DNA of 64,000 nucleotides. It comes from a virus. Taxonomy: Duplodnaviria; Caudoviricetes. Of this stretch, positions 21,101-32,100 are shown piece after piece. A model generated the notes under the pieces. It was not told the origin of the DNA, searched no databases, and was given only the letters and a program-made list of their open reading frames with translations. Position 1 is the stretch's first letter. Each line of letters opens with the position of its first letter. The stretch lies in IMG/VR virus record IMGVR_UViG_3300022848_000005. One strand, written 5' to 3'. A program made the position numbers and the translations under genes.

Positions 21101-24100
21101 GGTAATACTTTTAACTTTTGTAATTCGATAGTGCTTGTACTTGTAACTGTAAGCACACCACTAGTAACACTGGCAGATACACCTGCAATACCAGCATTGT
21201 TAATATCTGTCTTAACAGAATCTATAGTTGTGCCTGTAAACGCAACCTCAAAGTCGTTTATTCTGATACTATCAGTAGCTGTCACTGTGGGGCTAGTTTT
21301 GGTGCTTGTTATTAAGCCGTATACTCGACCCTGATTAACATAGCGATCAACACTGCCTGAGTTACGTAGTTCTCTTGGATCGTCGCTTGGATTTCCAATG
21401 TATATCGAACAGTCTGTAGGACAAATTAGCACAGTCTTACCAAAACTATTACCCACACCACGTGTGTTAGCAGTCTGCTCTGCCATCTTTTGCATTTGTA
21501 TAAACGTATTTGTGTCGACTTTTATAATTGCACCTGAGCTCGGCGCAATGTTAAATGTTAGAGTTGTTCCTGATACTGAGTAGTCCCAATATGCATCAGC
21601 GCCTTTGCGCTGATCCTGTAACACCCGGTTAACAGTTGTTTTGTTAACATCTGCATCCATTGAGCGTATTGTAGTAAATGCTGTTGTACTACCGTCTCCT
21701 TTAAATGCTTCTACAGTTCTATCAAACACGTAAGAGGCGCCTGAATTTATAACACTATCCTCTCCTGCGTTATCATGACTAGGAGCGCCGATTACTGTTT
21801 GTGTACCATCTGTGCTTGTCCAAACACTAGCACCAAACTGATCGCCAGCATCTCCACCACTTGCGGTAAGTGTAGCAATATATTTGTAACTAAAGTTTTC
21901 TGACACTGTAACATTAACACTAGGCGCAGTTGCAAAAGTAATATCACTGCCACTAACTGTGTAGTCTGTTGTGGGTCTGTATATAACACCTGTCGCATCC
22001 TGTACAAAAATACTTGTCAGGCTCTTAGGAGTAAATCCTAATGCATGTACTGTGGTACTACCATCACCTGTTACTGTAACAGACTGTTCTGTTAATTTTG
22101 TATCTAAACAGTAAGCATAAACTTTATCTTCGCCTGGTGCACCAATATATAACCAACTTGCGTCTTGACTTATCGCTACTGCTTTACCGAACTCATCACT
22201 AACAACTGCACTAACTGGTGCAATATACTGATGCGCTGTCCATGTGCCGCTTCTGTATCTGTAAATTACAACTCCGCCACGTGTGCTGTTACTGTCAGGC
22301 GCACCTACTGCAAGATATTCGTCACTAACTACTGTAGATCCGTCATAGTTAAAACTAAGTTGTCCAGTAGCAAGACTTCTACCAAACAACTGGGTAATGT
22401 CTGCACCTGCTCCTACTTCTGCGTCTAGTAACGTATCTTGTTCTAAATCGTTAATGCTGTTAATATCGTAAAGTTGTACTCTACCAGTATCTCTGCCTGG
22501 TGCACCTACTGCAACCCAGGTAGCACTTTGTCCTATAAGTACAGTCTGACCTAATAAGTCATCTGCATCAAATCCTGCTCTTATATATTTCTTATTGTTG
22601 CTCCAAGGTTCTGTTTTTTCTAATACTTGCCAGTCACCAGCACTGTTATATTCATCTACAAATACTTTATCACCCACTTTCCAATGGTTTAGTGGATCTG
22701 TAGCGGCTACTCTGCTGGGGTATGCATAACGGTTACTAACTAACTTATATACGTTTCCGGTTTTTCCTACACTGCCAGGAGCTCCAGTGTTTGGATCTAT
22801 TAGCAAACTCATCCTAGCCTGTGTTGATTTAACACTGAACTCTAGACCATTAATTACACTATAGACTCTATAAATTGCATTGAATCGTGTATCAACGTCT
22901 TTAATTATTACTACATCATCTTTAGAAAGAGTGTGTGGTAAACTACAAGTAACCTTCATAAAGTTATTTGTGATGTTTGTGAGTTTTGTAACTAGTGTAT
23001 TTGTTTCTGTAATTCTGTAAGTATTCCAGCTTCCGTTGTAATCTTTAGCTACCCAGATCTCTTGTCCAAGTCCAAACTTTTCAACGCTCTGATCCAGCGT
23101 AGTGGCTGATCTTATATCAAATATTTTCCAGTCTGTGTCGTCAAGTCTAGGAAATCCAGCCTTAGCAATGTCTTTGTTTAAATCTGTGTCGAAATCTCTG
23201 TACACGAAAGGAGTTGCATTATAATTAGCTGGCCGCTTGTACACTCCTGCAAATGGCACACTAACAATATCTATAGGTGTGGCATCAGATGCCGTTAGTA
23301 ATTTAACTGTGGTATTGCTGTTACTGTATGTGGCATCAGAGGTTTGTATTTCAATAACTTGATTTTTGTCTAATACTCCGTAACTGCCTGTTCTAAATGC
23401 CCACTCTTCAAATAGGTTAACACTGGTATTTAAGTTGTTTAACCGTGCTTTGACCAATGCATTTATTGAGTTTAGAGTACCTTTTTCCTGAATAAATCCC
23501 TGGTAGAATTTTACCTGACTGGTGTCGTCTATACCAAGAGCATTAAGATATTCTCTGTTTTTATATCCTATTAAACTTTTACTGAATAAGTCTGCATCGC
23601 TTTCTAAATTAATATCATCTATATCGTAAAATTTCTCAATAGCGGCTGCTGTATTACTTAGGTTAGGCAATAAGCCTTTCTTAATAGCATTGTAATCTAT
23701 CTTTACCCAGTTTTCTTCTTTAAACGTGGTGCTTGCTGGGGTATTAGCCAGGGCTCGGTAATATCTCTGTTTAAACTTAACTAACTTGCCTTTTCTATAA
23801 TCTGTATTGGTTTGCCATAATGCAATGTTATCCTGGTTTAGCAAGAAACCTCCAGGTGAGATTGTGCCGTTCCAGTTGTTGGATTTAAATCCAACTAATT
23901 TAACCCTACCTTGCCTATTGCCCAACTCAGGCTGATAGATAACATCATTAAACACAGTAATATTGTTAGGGACAAAAGTGTGTTCGTACTGTATAGTTTC
24001 TAAGACAGCGAGTCCAATAGTTTTATTATTGGCTGTTTTTATTGATGCACTGTTGCCTATTCTATCTATCTCTAATTCTTTGCTACCAATCGTGTTGTAG

Positions 24101-27100
24101 TTCTGATCTAAGATTCTGCTACTTCTATACGCACCTGATATGTTGTCTATAGTAGCATTATCAAGAACTAACTCAAGTTGATCAAACACTGGACTTAATA
24201 CTAAAAGGTTGCCAGATGCCCAGCCCTGCTGTGCCCAGACTAAGAACTCTTTCGCACTCATTAACCAGGTTTTAGTCTCACCTAAAGTTCCTATTCTTGC
24301 CTGGAAAACAAATCCCTGCGCTGTTAGATATCTACCATATCCTAACAGAAAGTCTATTACTGCTTGTTGTGATGTAAACTCTGTACCGTAAGGCACAGAT
24401 TCTGACACAGGGAGAAACTCGTCGTTTAATGCAACACTAGCACCAAAAATATTAAGTGTGCCGCCTGACTTTGATTCTTTCCTGTGAGGTACTATTCTAA
24501 AGTAAGGGTTATCTGTATCGTACCCATCAACTTTGTATCCTTTTGCTGTTTTCTCTACAATCACAGCACTATAACTTAAACGCTCAATAGCACTAGACTT
24601 CTGAAGGAACAACTCATAGTCTGTGTCAGGAATAAACACAGAATCAGTTGTACTTGTAGGACTATTCTGTTCCGCTAACACTTTAAGGTAGGTCTTATCA
24701 GTAAAGCCTCCTAATTTACTTGCTAGTTGTATATAAAGGTTGTCTAACTTGTTACGTAGAGTTACTGCTGGGTCAACGCCCAAGGATCTTATCCTGTCTG
24801 AAATCCAGTTTACATAGCCAGCAGTAAACTGCCGGACGCTACCAACAAGAGCACCATTAATTGTAATATCTGATTTTGTTAATCTGTTGTTCGTAGAACT
24901 TAAAACGTATTGTCCTAAATTACTATTAACTGTAAATCCACTAACCCTGGCATTAAGTCCAAAGTACTTTGCTGGTTTTACCAAAGCTAATAGCTTTTGT
25001 ACAGCAAACGGATATTGACTGCTCTTGATCCAGGCAGTTTCAGCAGGCGCCTCGTCTCCCGCTACAAATGTTTTTTGTATATATGTACCGTTAAAACTTC
25101 TAATTAAAAACTCGTTAGGTGCTTTTAATTCACCGTAAACATTTACAGGAATAAATTTTGTTACTCCAGGTCGTGCATAGCGAGTATCGATTCGAGTATT
25201 ACCTGGTTCTTTAATATATCCTGTTTCTAAGTCGTCCCAGAGTACTAGGTTACCTGAAGAGAAAGGTGCGGTACCGTATGCGGCAGCCCACCAACTTGGC
25301 TCTTCTGCAAGACCCAGGCACTCCCAGGGAGTCAAGTGAGGAGTATCAGTATCGTAATAGTGCCTATAAACACCACGCCAGAAACCTGGCAATAACACAC
25401 CGTCTACCGCACTAGAACTTTGACTCCAGTTGTAAGTAAAAGGATCAGAGTTGTTAAAGAAGTCCTGGTTAGCAAAATCAATTACATTATTGCCTGCCCA
25501 CCTAGAAAACTCCTGTCCCAAGATCCCTACGCATTCTGCTCTTGAGTACTCAGTTGTTCTAAATTGTCCTGGGAACACATCATGTAAGTCTAGTCTAGAC
25601 TTTTGGTATCTTACTTTTATGTTGTTGTATATTCTTTTTTCTAATTCTAGCAGTAGGTCGTCTCTTGAGTCACCAAAGCTAGGGGTGTAACTACCGTCAT
25701 GTCCAATAACAAATGTAGTTGTTGTTCTGTATGTACTATCTGTCAGTAATCTAGGCTGATAACTAGGATACATTCCCATCTTGGTGGGTGTTTCAGGAAC
25801 AAAACTTCCGTTAGTGCTGGTGTACTCTCTAATTGTTATAACATCATTATGAGCAGGAGTATAGTCTGCGGTAAATTCAACAAACAATCCATCACTGCTT
25901 ATGTTATAGTCCTTATATCTTAATAGTTGTGTGGTACCATTAAACACCAGCACAGACACCTGACTAGGAGTATCCATTTTATTAGTGTATGTTGTCCTTA
26001 TGGACTTACTGTTGCCAGCCCGCCAGGTTTCTGTAAACTCTGTGTACGTGCTTCCAGCAGGAATCATATCTGAGTAGTACCAAGGGAATGTGTCTGTTTT
26101 TGCTTCGTTAATACTTGTTATTATGGCATCTACCGCTTTGTCAGTGGATAGTTGTTCTAAACCTGACAGCGTAAATGACGCCTCAATAAACTTATTTTTA
26201 AAGTTAGAGTATTCCCTAGCGGCAAGATCTAAACTGTCAAAGAAGTTTGTCTGTTTATCACCAGTAAACAACATTGCGTAAGGTAGCCCAGATGTGTGTT
26301 GTAGTATACTTCCCTGACTTTGTTTAGCGTTAATATCTCTGGAGTTATTTCTTCCAGGAAACACTCCGGAAACATTCAGCGTATTTTCAAAACTTGTTTG
26401 GAAGTGGTTACGCAGTTGTCCTAACGTAACATTGTTAAAATTAGCATTAACACTATTATAATCCAAGTTGGTCGGTATCTGATAATACGCATTAGCAAGT
26501 ACGCTATTGTCAAGAGTTAATATTGTAACTGTTTTGTCAGTTAAATCTACAGTGGTTGATATCTCAATATATTGTTGGTTGCTGATAGTTACTTTACTGT
26601 ATTGACTTTCACCTAACAAAACACTACCAACATACACTTTAAGTGTCTGGCGTTGTACTGATGTAATTTCAGTCGCAGGGTACAAGAACTTGTTAGATGC
26701 TTTGTACTCATAACTGTATACCTGAAACTGTCTGGTATCGGATAATGTCTTTTCCCAAGTGTTCTTAGAGGTAAAAGCTGTCAGACTACTGTTACTGTGG
26801 AGAAATCCGTTATTAACCGCATTAGTACTACTCGCAGTAGTTCTAAAATTATCTGATGCAAAGTTGTTATCGTATAAAATATCACCAACACTCTGGAAAT
26901 TCCTGTAACTTAGTGGGAACCCCAAGTACTGATCTAAAGTACCTGTACCACGTCTGTAGGAGAAAATCTTTGTGCCTTTAAAGTCTGTTCCAGGATATGC
27001 TGTTGTATCTGAAAAACTATTACCAGCTGAATCGTATATATTAAAAAGAGGTTCAACATTTGTTGATGTTTTTTGTTGTCCTGAAATCCAGTTTGTTCCA

Positions 27101-29151
27101 TTGAACCAAAACTGCTTACCTTGGTTCTGTGTTCCTAGTTTTACCACCACAGTTTCATATGCTTGTACAGCAGTATCGACTGTAGGAGTTAAATGAATCT
27201 GTAACGACCCATCGTTTTGTGGATCGATAATTAAAACTTCATAAACCTTATTACGAACGTCATCGTCACTATCAGCCGCAAATACTATGCGCTGTCCACC
27301 TGCAAGGTCAATACCATCTGACACATAACTTGCAGAACCTTCTACCAGTGTAAATGCATCTAATGTTGAAGTGTCAATTATGTCTACAGGAGCCTTTGCA
27401 ACCTTACCAAAGTTGTACATCTCTAAATTTGGATTAAACTCGATAATAGGTCTCTTGCCACGTTTTGTCTGATCTATTGTAGGCGTAAAGTTATTGTATG
27501 TGGCAGTTGCATTAATAGCATCAATGTGGAACCATCTATTTCCACGTGCCCAGGCATTGCCATCTAAACTATCTCGTTGTGATACAATATAATCCTGTGA
27601 TGTGGGTGCGTTTGCCGTTGCTTCGTAACCGGTAGAATCGTATAGTTCTAAATCGAAGCCCACGCTCTCATCAACTGTATAGGTTTCTGGAGTAACAAGA
27701 GTTCCTACGTCTGTAAGTGTAATACCACTGCCTACACCTTCAACGTAATATAATTTGTTTTGATATGCTACGGGTATTACCCCTGAATCAAACCTTACTT
27801 TAAGACCGTTAGTGAAGACGACGCCGCTTGCAGACGTATATACTGTTTTGCCTAATATGTCAGCATCAACATTAATATTGGCAATTGCTGTGGGTTCCAC
27901 AAGTTTTATAGTACCGTAACGTTCTCCATCAACCCCGTCCTGATAATATAGTGTGTCAAGTATTGCTGTTATTATAGGTACTTCCTCTAGGTAACCTGAA
28001 TTCGCTTTATAAAATTCCTTGTTTCCGTATTCTAAGCCTTCTCTAACTAACACTTTATTGTTAGTTAGAATCTCTCTGAGAGGGACTAGCGTAACTATAG
28101 GGTCGCTTACATTTCCCATATATTTTACACGCCATATACCCCACTTCTGAGCATCTGTTGGTTCGTAACCTGCATCGTACAGGTTAGCATCGTAGTTTTC
28201 ACCATCTTTGTCAAATACTCCACCAAATAACCAACCATCTTGACTGGAGAAAATTACAGTCTTGGCATCTAAACTTCGTTGACCGTCTATGCCACCATAT
28301 GTTGCCAATACTGTGCTGAGTAACTGGTTGTGTACCTTATTAAAATCTAAGTCAGTAGCAAGATCCACTTCCTGAAGCGTTGTCATGTTTAGGTAGAAAT
28401 TCTGAGAGTCTTTAAGCGGCACATTAAATGTGATACTACCAAAGTCGTCTCCGTTATTTCCTACGCCTAATACCTCACGTGAGCTTATGTTACTCTGGGC
28501 TACTCTAACTCCTGTCGTGCCTATTTCAGACTGTATCCAGAAAGGAATACCAGTCTGAGACACATTAAAAGTGTAACTACCGCCTCTTGCAAGATATATT
28601 GTTGGGGTACCACCTATACCGATAGAGGTAGCTACATCACCTGAATCAGCAAAAGAATATTCACTTAAATGTGGACTACGAGTTATCCTATAGGTTTCGC
28701 TAGTAGCAACACTCGTTGTACGGATGTCTACACTATCTGGACCACTTGGTAACCAGTAATACTGAGAGAAGTTTACAAACTTGTCTAAGTCTATTTCTCC
28801 GGTAAATGTATATGCTTCTGCAGAAAATAATCTATCATGGTTGTTAGTTAGGCCACCGTGGAAGCCTATGCCCTGTAATAAATCAATGTACGTATTAACA
28901 AAGATTACTTCGCCCTGATCATTTTTTACAACTGTACTAGGTTCGAACTGATAATTTTCTCTGTCCGTTGTTGGTTCAGGTAGATAGTTATCCGTTGACC
29001 GAAACGTAGGAGTAAATTTTCGACCCACAAAACCATTGACTCTCGCAAGATCGGTTTCTGACGTTGCCTGTTCCAGTGTGGCATTTAAAAACTTTTGATT
29101 CTTGCTAGTTCTAAATACTGCTGGTAAAAGATCTAATGTTCTAACTGCCAT
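18193..29151 (-). CDS. Giant (3652 aa) baseplate wedge-like structural protein with FG-GAP beta-propeller and C-terminal MAYQTG-like module
   Basis: Directly downstream of gp6; multiple FG..v.is....l.vGAP repeats; last ~316 aa homologous to 10087..11088. Confidence 0.7.
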   Translation of the reverse strand: MAVRTLDLLPAVFRTSKNQKFLNATLEQATSETDLARVNGFVGRKFTPTFRSTDNYLPEPTTDRENYQFEPSTVVKNDQGEVIFVNTYIDLLQGIGFHGGLTNNHDRLFSAEAYTFTGEIDLDKFVNFSQYYWLPSGPDSVDIRTTSVATSETYRITRSPHLSEYSFADSGDVATSIGIGGTPTIYLARGGSYTFNVSQTGIPFWIQSEIGTTGVRVAQSNISSREVLGVGNNGDDFGSITFNVPLKDSQNFYLNMTTLQEVDLATDLDFNKVHNQLLSTVLATYGGIDGQRSLDAKTVIFSSQDGWLFGGVFDKDGENYDANLYDAGYEPTDAQKWGIWRVKYMGNVSDPIVTLVPLREILTNNKVLVREGLEYGNKEFYKANSGYLEEVPIITAILDTLYYQDGVDGERYGTIKLVEPTAIANINVDADILGKTVYTSASGVVFTNGLKVRFDSGVIPVAYQNKLYYVEGVGSGITLTDVGTLVTPETYTVDESVGFDLELYDSTGYEATANAPTSQDYIVSQRDSLDGNAWARGNRWFHIDAINATATYNNFTPTIDQTKRGKRPIIEFNPNLEMYNFGKVAKAPVDIIDTSTLDAFTLVEGSASYVSDGIDLAGGQRIVFAADSDDDVRNKVYEVLIIDPQNDGSLQIHLTPTVDTAVQAYETVVVKLGTQNQGKQFWFNGTNWISGQQKTSTNVEPLFNIYDSAGNSFSDTTAYPGTDFKGTKIFSYRRGTGTLDQYLGFPLSYRNFQSVGDILYDNNFASDNFRTTASSTNAVNNGFLHSNSSLTAFTSKNTWEKTLSDTRQFQVYSYEYKASNKFLYPATEITSVQRQTLKVYVGSVLLGESQYSKVTISNQQYIEISTTVDLTDKTVTILTLDNSVLANAYYQIPTNLDYNSVNANFNNVTLGQLRNHFQTSFENTLNVSGVFPGRNNSRDINAKQSQGSILQHTSGLPYAMLFTGDKQTNFFDSLDLAAREYSNFKNKFIEASFTLSGLEQLSTDKAVDAIITSINEAKTDTFPWYYSDMIPAGSTYTEFTETWRAGNSKSIRTTYTNKMDTPSQVSVLVFNGTTQLLRYKDYNISSDGLFVEFTADYTPAHNDVITIREYTSTNGSFVPETPTKMGMYPSYQPRLLTDSTYRTTTTFVIGHDGSYTPSFGDSRDDLLLELEKRIYNNIKVRYQKSRLDLHDVFPGQFRTTEYSRAECVGILGQEFSRWAGNNVIDFANQDFFNNSDPFTYNWSQSSSAVDGVLLPGFWRGVYRHYYDTDTPHLTPWECLGLAEEPSWWAAAYGTAPFSSGNLVLWDDLETGYIKEPGNTRIDTRYARPGVTKFIPVNVYGELKAPNEFLIRSFNGTYIQKTFVAGDEAPAETAWIKSSQYPFAVQKLLALVKPAKYFGLNARVSGFTVNSNLGQYVLSSTNNRLTKSDITINGALVGSVRQFTAGYVNWISDRIRSLGVDPAVTLRNKLDNLYIQLASKLGGFTDKTYLKVLAEQNSPTSTTDSVFIPDTDYELFLQKSSAIERLSYSAVIVEKTAKGYKVDGYDTDNPYFRIVPHRKESKSGGTLNIFGASVALNDEFLPVSESVPYGTEFTSQQAVIDFLLGYGRYLTAQGFVFQARIGTLGETKTWLMSAKEFLVWAQQGWASGNLLVLSPVFDQLELVLDNATIDNISGAYRSSRILDQNYNTIGSKELEIDRIGNSASIKTANNKTIGLAVLETIQYEHTFVPNNITVFNDVIYQPELGNRQGRVKLVGFKSNNWNGTISPGGFLLNQDNIALWQTNTDYRKGKLVKFKQRYYRALANTPASTTFKEENWVKIDYNAIKKGLLPNLSNTAAAIEKFYDIDDINLESDADLFSKSLIGYKNREYLNALGIDDTSQVKFYQGFIQEKGTLNSINALVKARLNNLNTSVNLFEEWAFRTGSYGVLDKNQVIEIQTSDATYSNSNTTVKLLTASDATPIDIVSVPFAGVYKRPANYNATPFVYRDFDTDLNKDIAKAGFPRLDDTDWKIFDIRSATTLDQSVEKFGLGQEIWVAKDYNGSWNTYRITETNTLVTKLTNITNNFMKVTCSLPHTLSKDDVVIIKDVDTRFNAIYRVYSVINGLEFSVKSTQARMSLLIDPNTGAPGSVGKTGNVYKLVSNRYAYPSRVAATDPLNHWKVGDKVFVDEYNSAGDWQVLEKTEPWSNNKKYIRAGFDADDLLGQTVLIGQSATWVAVGAPGRDTGRVQLYDINSINDLEQDTLLDAEVGAGADITQLFGRSLATGQLSFNYDGSTVVSDEYLAVGAPDSNSTRGGVVIYRYRSGTWTAHQYIAPVSAVVSDEFGKAVAISQDASWLYIGAPGEDKVYAYCLDTKLTEQSVTVTGDGSTTVHALGFTPKSLTSIFVQDATGVIYRPTTDYTVSGSDITFATAPSVNVTVSENFSYKYIATLTASGGDAGDQFGASVWTSTDGTQTVIGAPSHDNAGEDSVINSGASYVFDRTVEAFKGDGSTTAFTTIRSMDADVNKTTVNRVLQDQRKGADAYWDYSVSGTTLTFNIAPSSGAIIKVDTNTFIQMQKMAEQTANTRGVGNSFGKTVLICPTDCSIYIGNPSDDPRELRNSGSVDRYVNQGRVYGLITSTKTSPTVTATDSIRINDFEVAFTGTTIDSVKTDINNAGIAGVSASVTSGVLTVTSTSTIELQKLKVLPGVGTGLIDLGLTVFYYTQSILAPKGSSNSNFGDTIAISDDATKLFVGAPNCTMRVNVQFDVDAVDNKPDTTFDIDSTTFFDTNPNSGAAYVYEFLGNPRNLVTDPGQFDFVQELEVSSATDNMAAEDRFGVSISVRGNYAVVGAEQDDEQGIDAGAVYDFDSTGVGGWKVLRSRTSQIEPRVINKAYLYNRVTKEISTYLDVYDPAKGKFIGLASQETDYISEVDPATYSTGWSGFNKGKYWWDTSTVRYIDYEQGDYLYRSNNWGSSFPGSVFNVYEWVETDVLPSNYVSAGYNGVPRDENNIDYVTKTKNDTSTGASTPIYCYWVGQRTVTDNITKSLTISQVNALLTDPFNQGVAHIAIMDKNLIGMFNIQSYIDSDNVILGINYDTSYNEAVLHNEYQLVQENKADAALPNNIVEKLYDSLCGEDVYGNAVPQTGLVKTERYGINIRPRQTVFVDRGNALEALFRYVNIVMTENQVSESRDLTRLLSKEPTPTKAVGGWTESLNSYAELLFLDQDLFSDGYKVLVLADEQNNAGGWSLYELDVVDSSTRIWLQIDKQSYDTTTYWDYADWYASDHDLTTIPDHNVTDRNAVAGLTNLSVGDIINVTNRGNGLFEVLRVKDDLTTEVVGLEDGTIQFKSTIWSEVQSGYWDDYNIFATGAQSGIQQVGANINNVWGIGSGDAGYGQTNIIVPKAEDSEPSTEEWSAMFTINNSIGSHQDTAMLAMSSDDLELDLDDISTNITNIHTNRLVAKTTNVGRLTNIDSTGSWSDSATQVIRSVFNDPDKTRYFFNAGGYIAIAPTVTGYTDDAKARSWVALTQMSGTIKLNAQTTTVTGDSTSATVTETHTSSTSVVGSNIGYYDLTSVDQLIFEKTLTTAGSPYISATANNVKIYAKTNGTIGNNTDNGTIITFTVVLSDASDDSTGAPTDTMDGTVRSAVTYYEPSATYISKTWSVPATSLYSKTHE

Positions 29152-29154
29152 GTA

Positions 29155-32100
29155 TTAACCTAACTTTAAATTGGATGCTGTTAAACTTGGCACAATTGCT
29201 ACCTGATCAACTGTTGCCACGCTTATAAAAATCTCATCTGCATTACATGAGATCTGCTGTAAATTTCCGTAATTGCTGTTGTCCGGTACAATCACAATGC
29301 TTGCTACATTGGGTACTAGTTCTGCATGTAGATAAGCACTAAGCTCACTAAAGTAGAATGACTCTCCAAAGTCCCAGTTCTCCAACGCAAAATATTCATC
29401 TAAAGCTGTAACAACCTGTACTCTTATTTCACTGTCGCTGATATTTACGTTAGGGTTTTTTACAACCTTAAATGTTGCTCTTAACCCGTTATCTGCCTTT
29501 ATTCCAAACAGTGGTTTAAATTTAGCACTGTTATAGATAATTGTGTCTGATATACTTTTAAAGTTCTCTAAAGTTGCGTAATTTAGTCTCAGGCTTTCAG
29601 ATGTAGGCCTTGTTGGCTGAACTATCCTTGCTGTGGTGTCTCTAGCCCACAGTCTAAAGTTATCGTTGTGGTCGTTTGTGAGTAAAAATAAATCAATAAT
29701 ATTACTTGGATTAGGATCAATACGCTTGTATCCTGGTGCATTGTGTCTGTACTGGAAGTAGAATCCTTGTCTACCTGTATAATACAGGTATCCTGACAGA
29801 CTATTAACTACCTTGACATTATTAACTAGACTGGCCTGATAGAATAACTTTGTAGTAGTTGTAAAGAATATTTGCCCGGTAGGGTAATCATTCTTGTTTG
29901 CCTCTAATTCATCTAAGGCAGTAAACTCAGTGCTTACAGTTCCTGTGGTTAAAGGAGTAACATCGTTAAAGCTGTACTGATCAGTTGATGGCTTAAAGAA
30001 TACTAACTTATTGTTAGGATTTGTATCTGGTGACACCAGCGTTTCAAAAAAGTCTGGATCATCAGCAATACCATCATCATCTCTGTCAGTAAAACTTATC
30101 CGAACTCTCTTTGTGTTTATGTAACCATCAGCCTCAAGAACAGATTTATATACTTGTAGGCTAGTATCTATAGTAAACGAGTCACTGGAGTCTGGTTGAG
30201 AGTTTGTCTTTAGTACCTTGATGTTATCTCGAATAATTCTACCTTGTCTAGGATCATATATTTTTACGTTGTCATCAACGTAAAAGTTTGTCTCGCCTTC
30301 TGACTCATAAAGGTATTCTAAGTTTCTATAAGTTGATGTGTACACCTGATTAGTTGCCTTAAAATGCATTAACCAACTAGCATCTAAACTGGCGCTTGTT
30401 GTGTTCTTGGCATTTGTTAGACTAAAATCGTTTACTAGGTCTAAATCGGCATCTGCAATAATATACCACGTGCGTGTGCCTTGTTCATACCCTAGTCCAA
30501 ACTCATCGTAAACTTTTATCAGTGCTATCATTGCGGTTTGCACTGTAGCACTTGGAGTATTAGAATATGTTGGGATAATCTGTGACATTTCTGCGCCTGT
30601 AGGCACAATGTCATTTAATGTTACAGGACCATTGCCGTTCTCTAGGTTACCTAGGCCTCCGTTGGTGCCATCAGTAACTACGTCTGAGATCGATCCCCAT
30701 ATTGTTGTTCTATCTCCTGGCAGTGTCGGTGATCCTGTTTTTAACAAGTTGCCCGCTGTAAAATATTTGCCACTTGGTGCATCAAACTTAACAAGACTGT
30801 TTTCAGTAAGATACTTTCTGTTGTCACCAACATAACTACCTATGTTCTGTGAGTCACCTGCGGCATTTACAAAATAACCTGTACTTGCGTTGGTAGCAAC
30901 TGTGCTTTGTTGCCAACTGAGACTTGCCACAGTATATCTATTAAATTTGTCGTAGTAAAAATGTAAAGTTTCTCGTTCAGCAAGAGCTGGATTAACCTGA
31001 TTGTTAAATGTGTTCTGAATATCTGCTACTGTAACAAAGTCAAATGCAAAAGTCTTATTTGCTTCTTTTCTATAGAGTAGCCCGTCTTCGCAGAATATAT
31101 TTGTACTGCTGTATCTGCCAGAAGTGTCTGCAACATCTAAAAACCTGCTTATGCCTGATGATGTTCTGTTAACTGCTTTAACTTTAACTAGGTCACTAAA
31201 ACTGGTAAATGGGAATATGTTATAATCCTCTCCATTAACCATTCTGTTCTGTGTGTAATACTGTTGTGGTGCTTTAAGTCTAATGTCATCAGCAGTTTCT
31301 CTTGCGGTAGCATTTGTCACAGTATACTGTAAACTGGCAGTTACCGACAACGTCTCAATTCTGTTTAATTTGCTTAGATATGCAATATTAAAACTGATGG
31401 CTTGCAGATCGTTAGGTGTGATCTGATATGTTAGTCCGTTTGACACACGATAGTATAATCTGAATTTTCCCTGAGGAATATTAGCAAATGCACCATCACC
31501 AAATACCAAGTTTGTTTGGTCATTCTGTCTTGTAGTAACCTGATAGGCATTGCGACTTGCTGATGTGTCAGAGTTGTAAATTACGTTAGCACTAGCAACA
31601 CTGGGCACTGCTGACCACAAATCTACCTCATTGTTGTTGTCGTCTAGACTATACAACCAAACATCAGTGTTGTTTATGTTGTTAATATTAATATTTGCAA
31701 CTCTATTAGATAAACTTTCTTCAAAGTTTAAGTCAATGCTGTTTAATGAACCTTGTTTAAAGTAGAAGAAGTAACCTGTTGTGTTACTGGCATTGCCTAG
31801 GTTATCGTTCTTGTAGAGAACCTGGAATGTGCCGTCAGGTGCTACATTTTCTTCGTATACATATTGCTGGTTAAGTGTGGTAGGACTCACCAACTCAAAA
31901 TTTGTTTTAGTGCCGTCTATTGTCTTCTGAAACGGAAACACACTGAGAGATGCGTTATCTATCTGTAACGTGTACTCCTGTGTTTTAACTTTGTTCAGCG
32001 TCTGACTGTTACCAGCTTTGCCTACCTTTTGTCCAGTAATCATTGCGGAATTTAAAATACTGTTCCATTGTTCTTCCCAGTCTGGGTTAGAAGTATCGTT

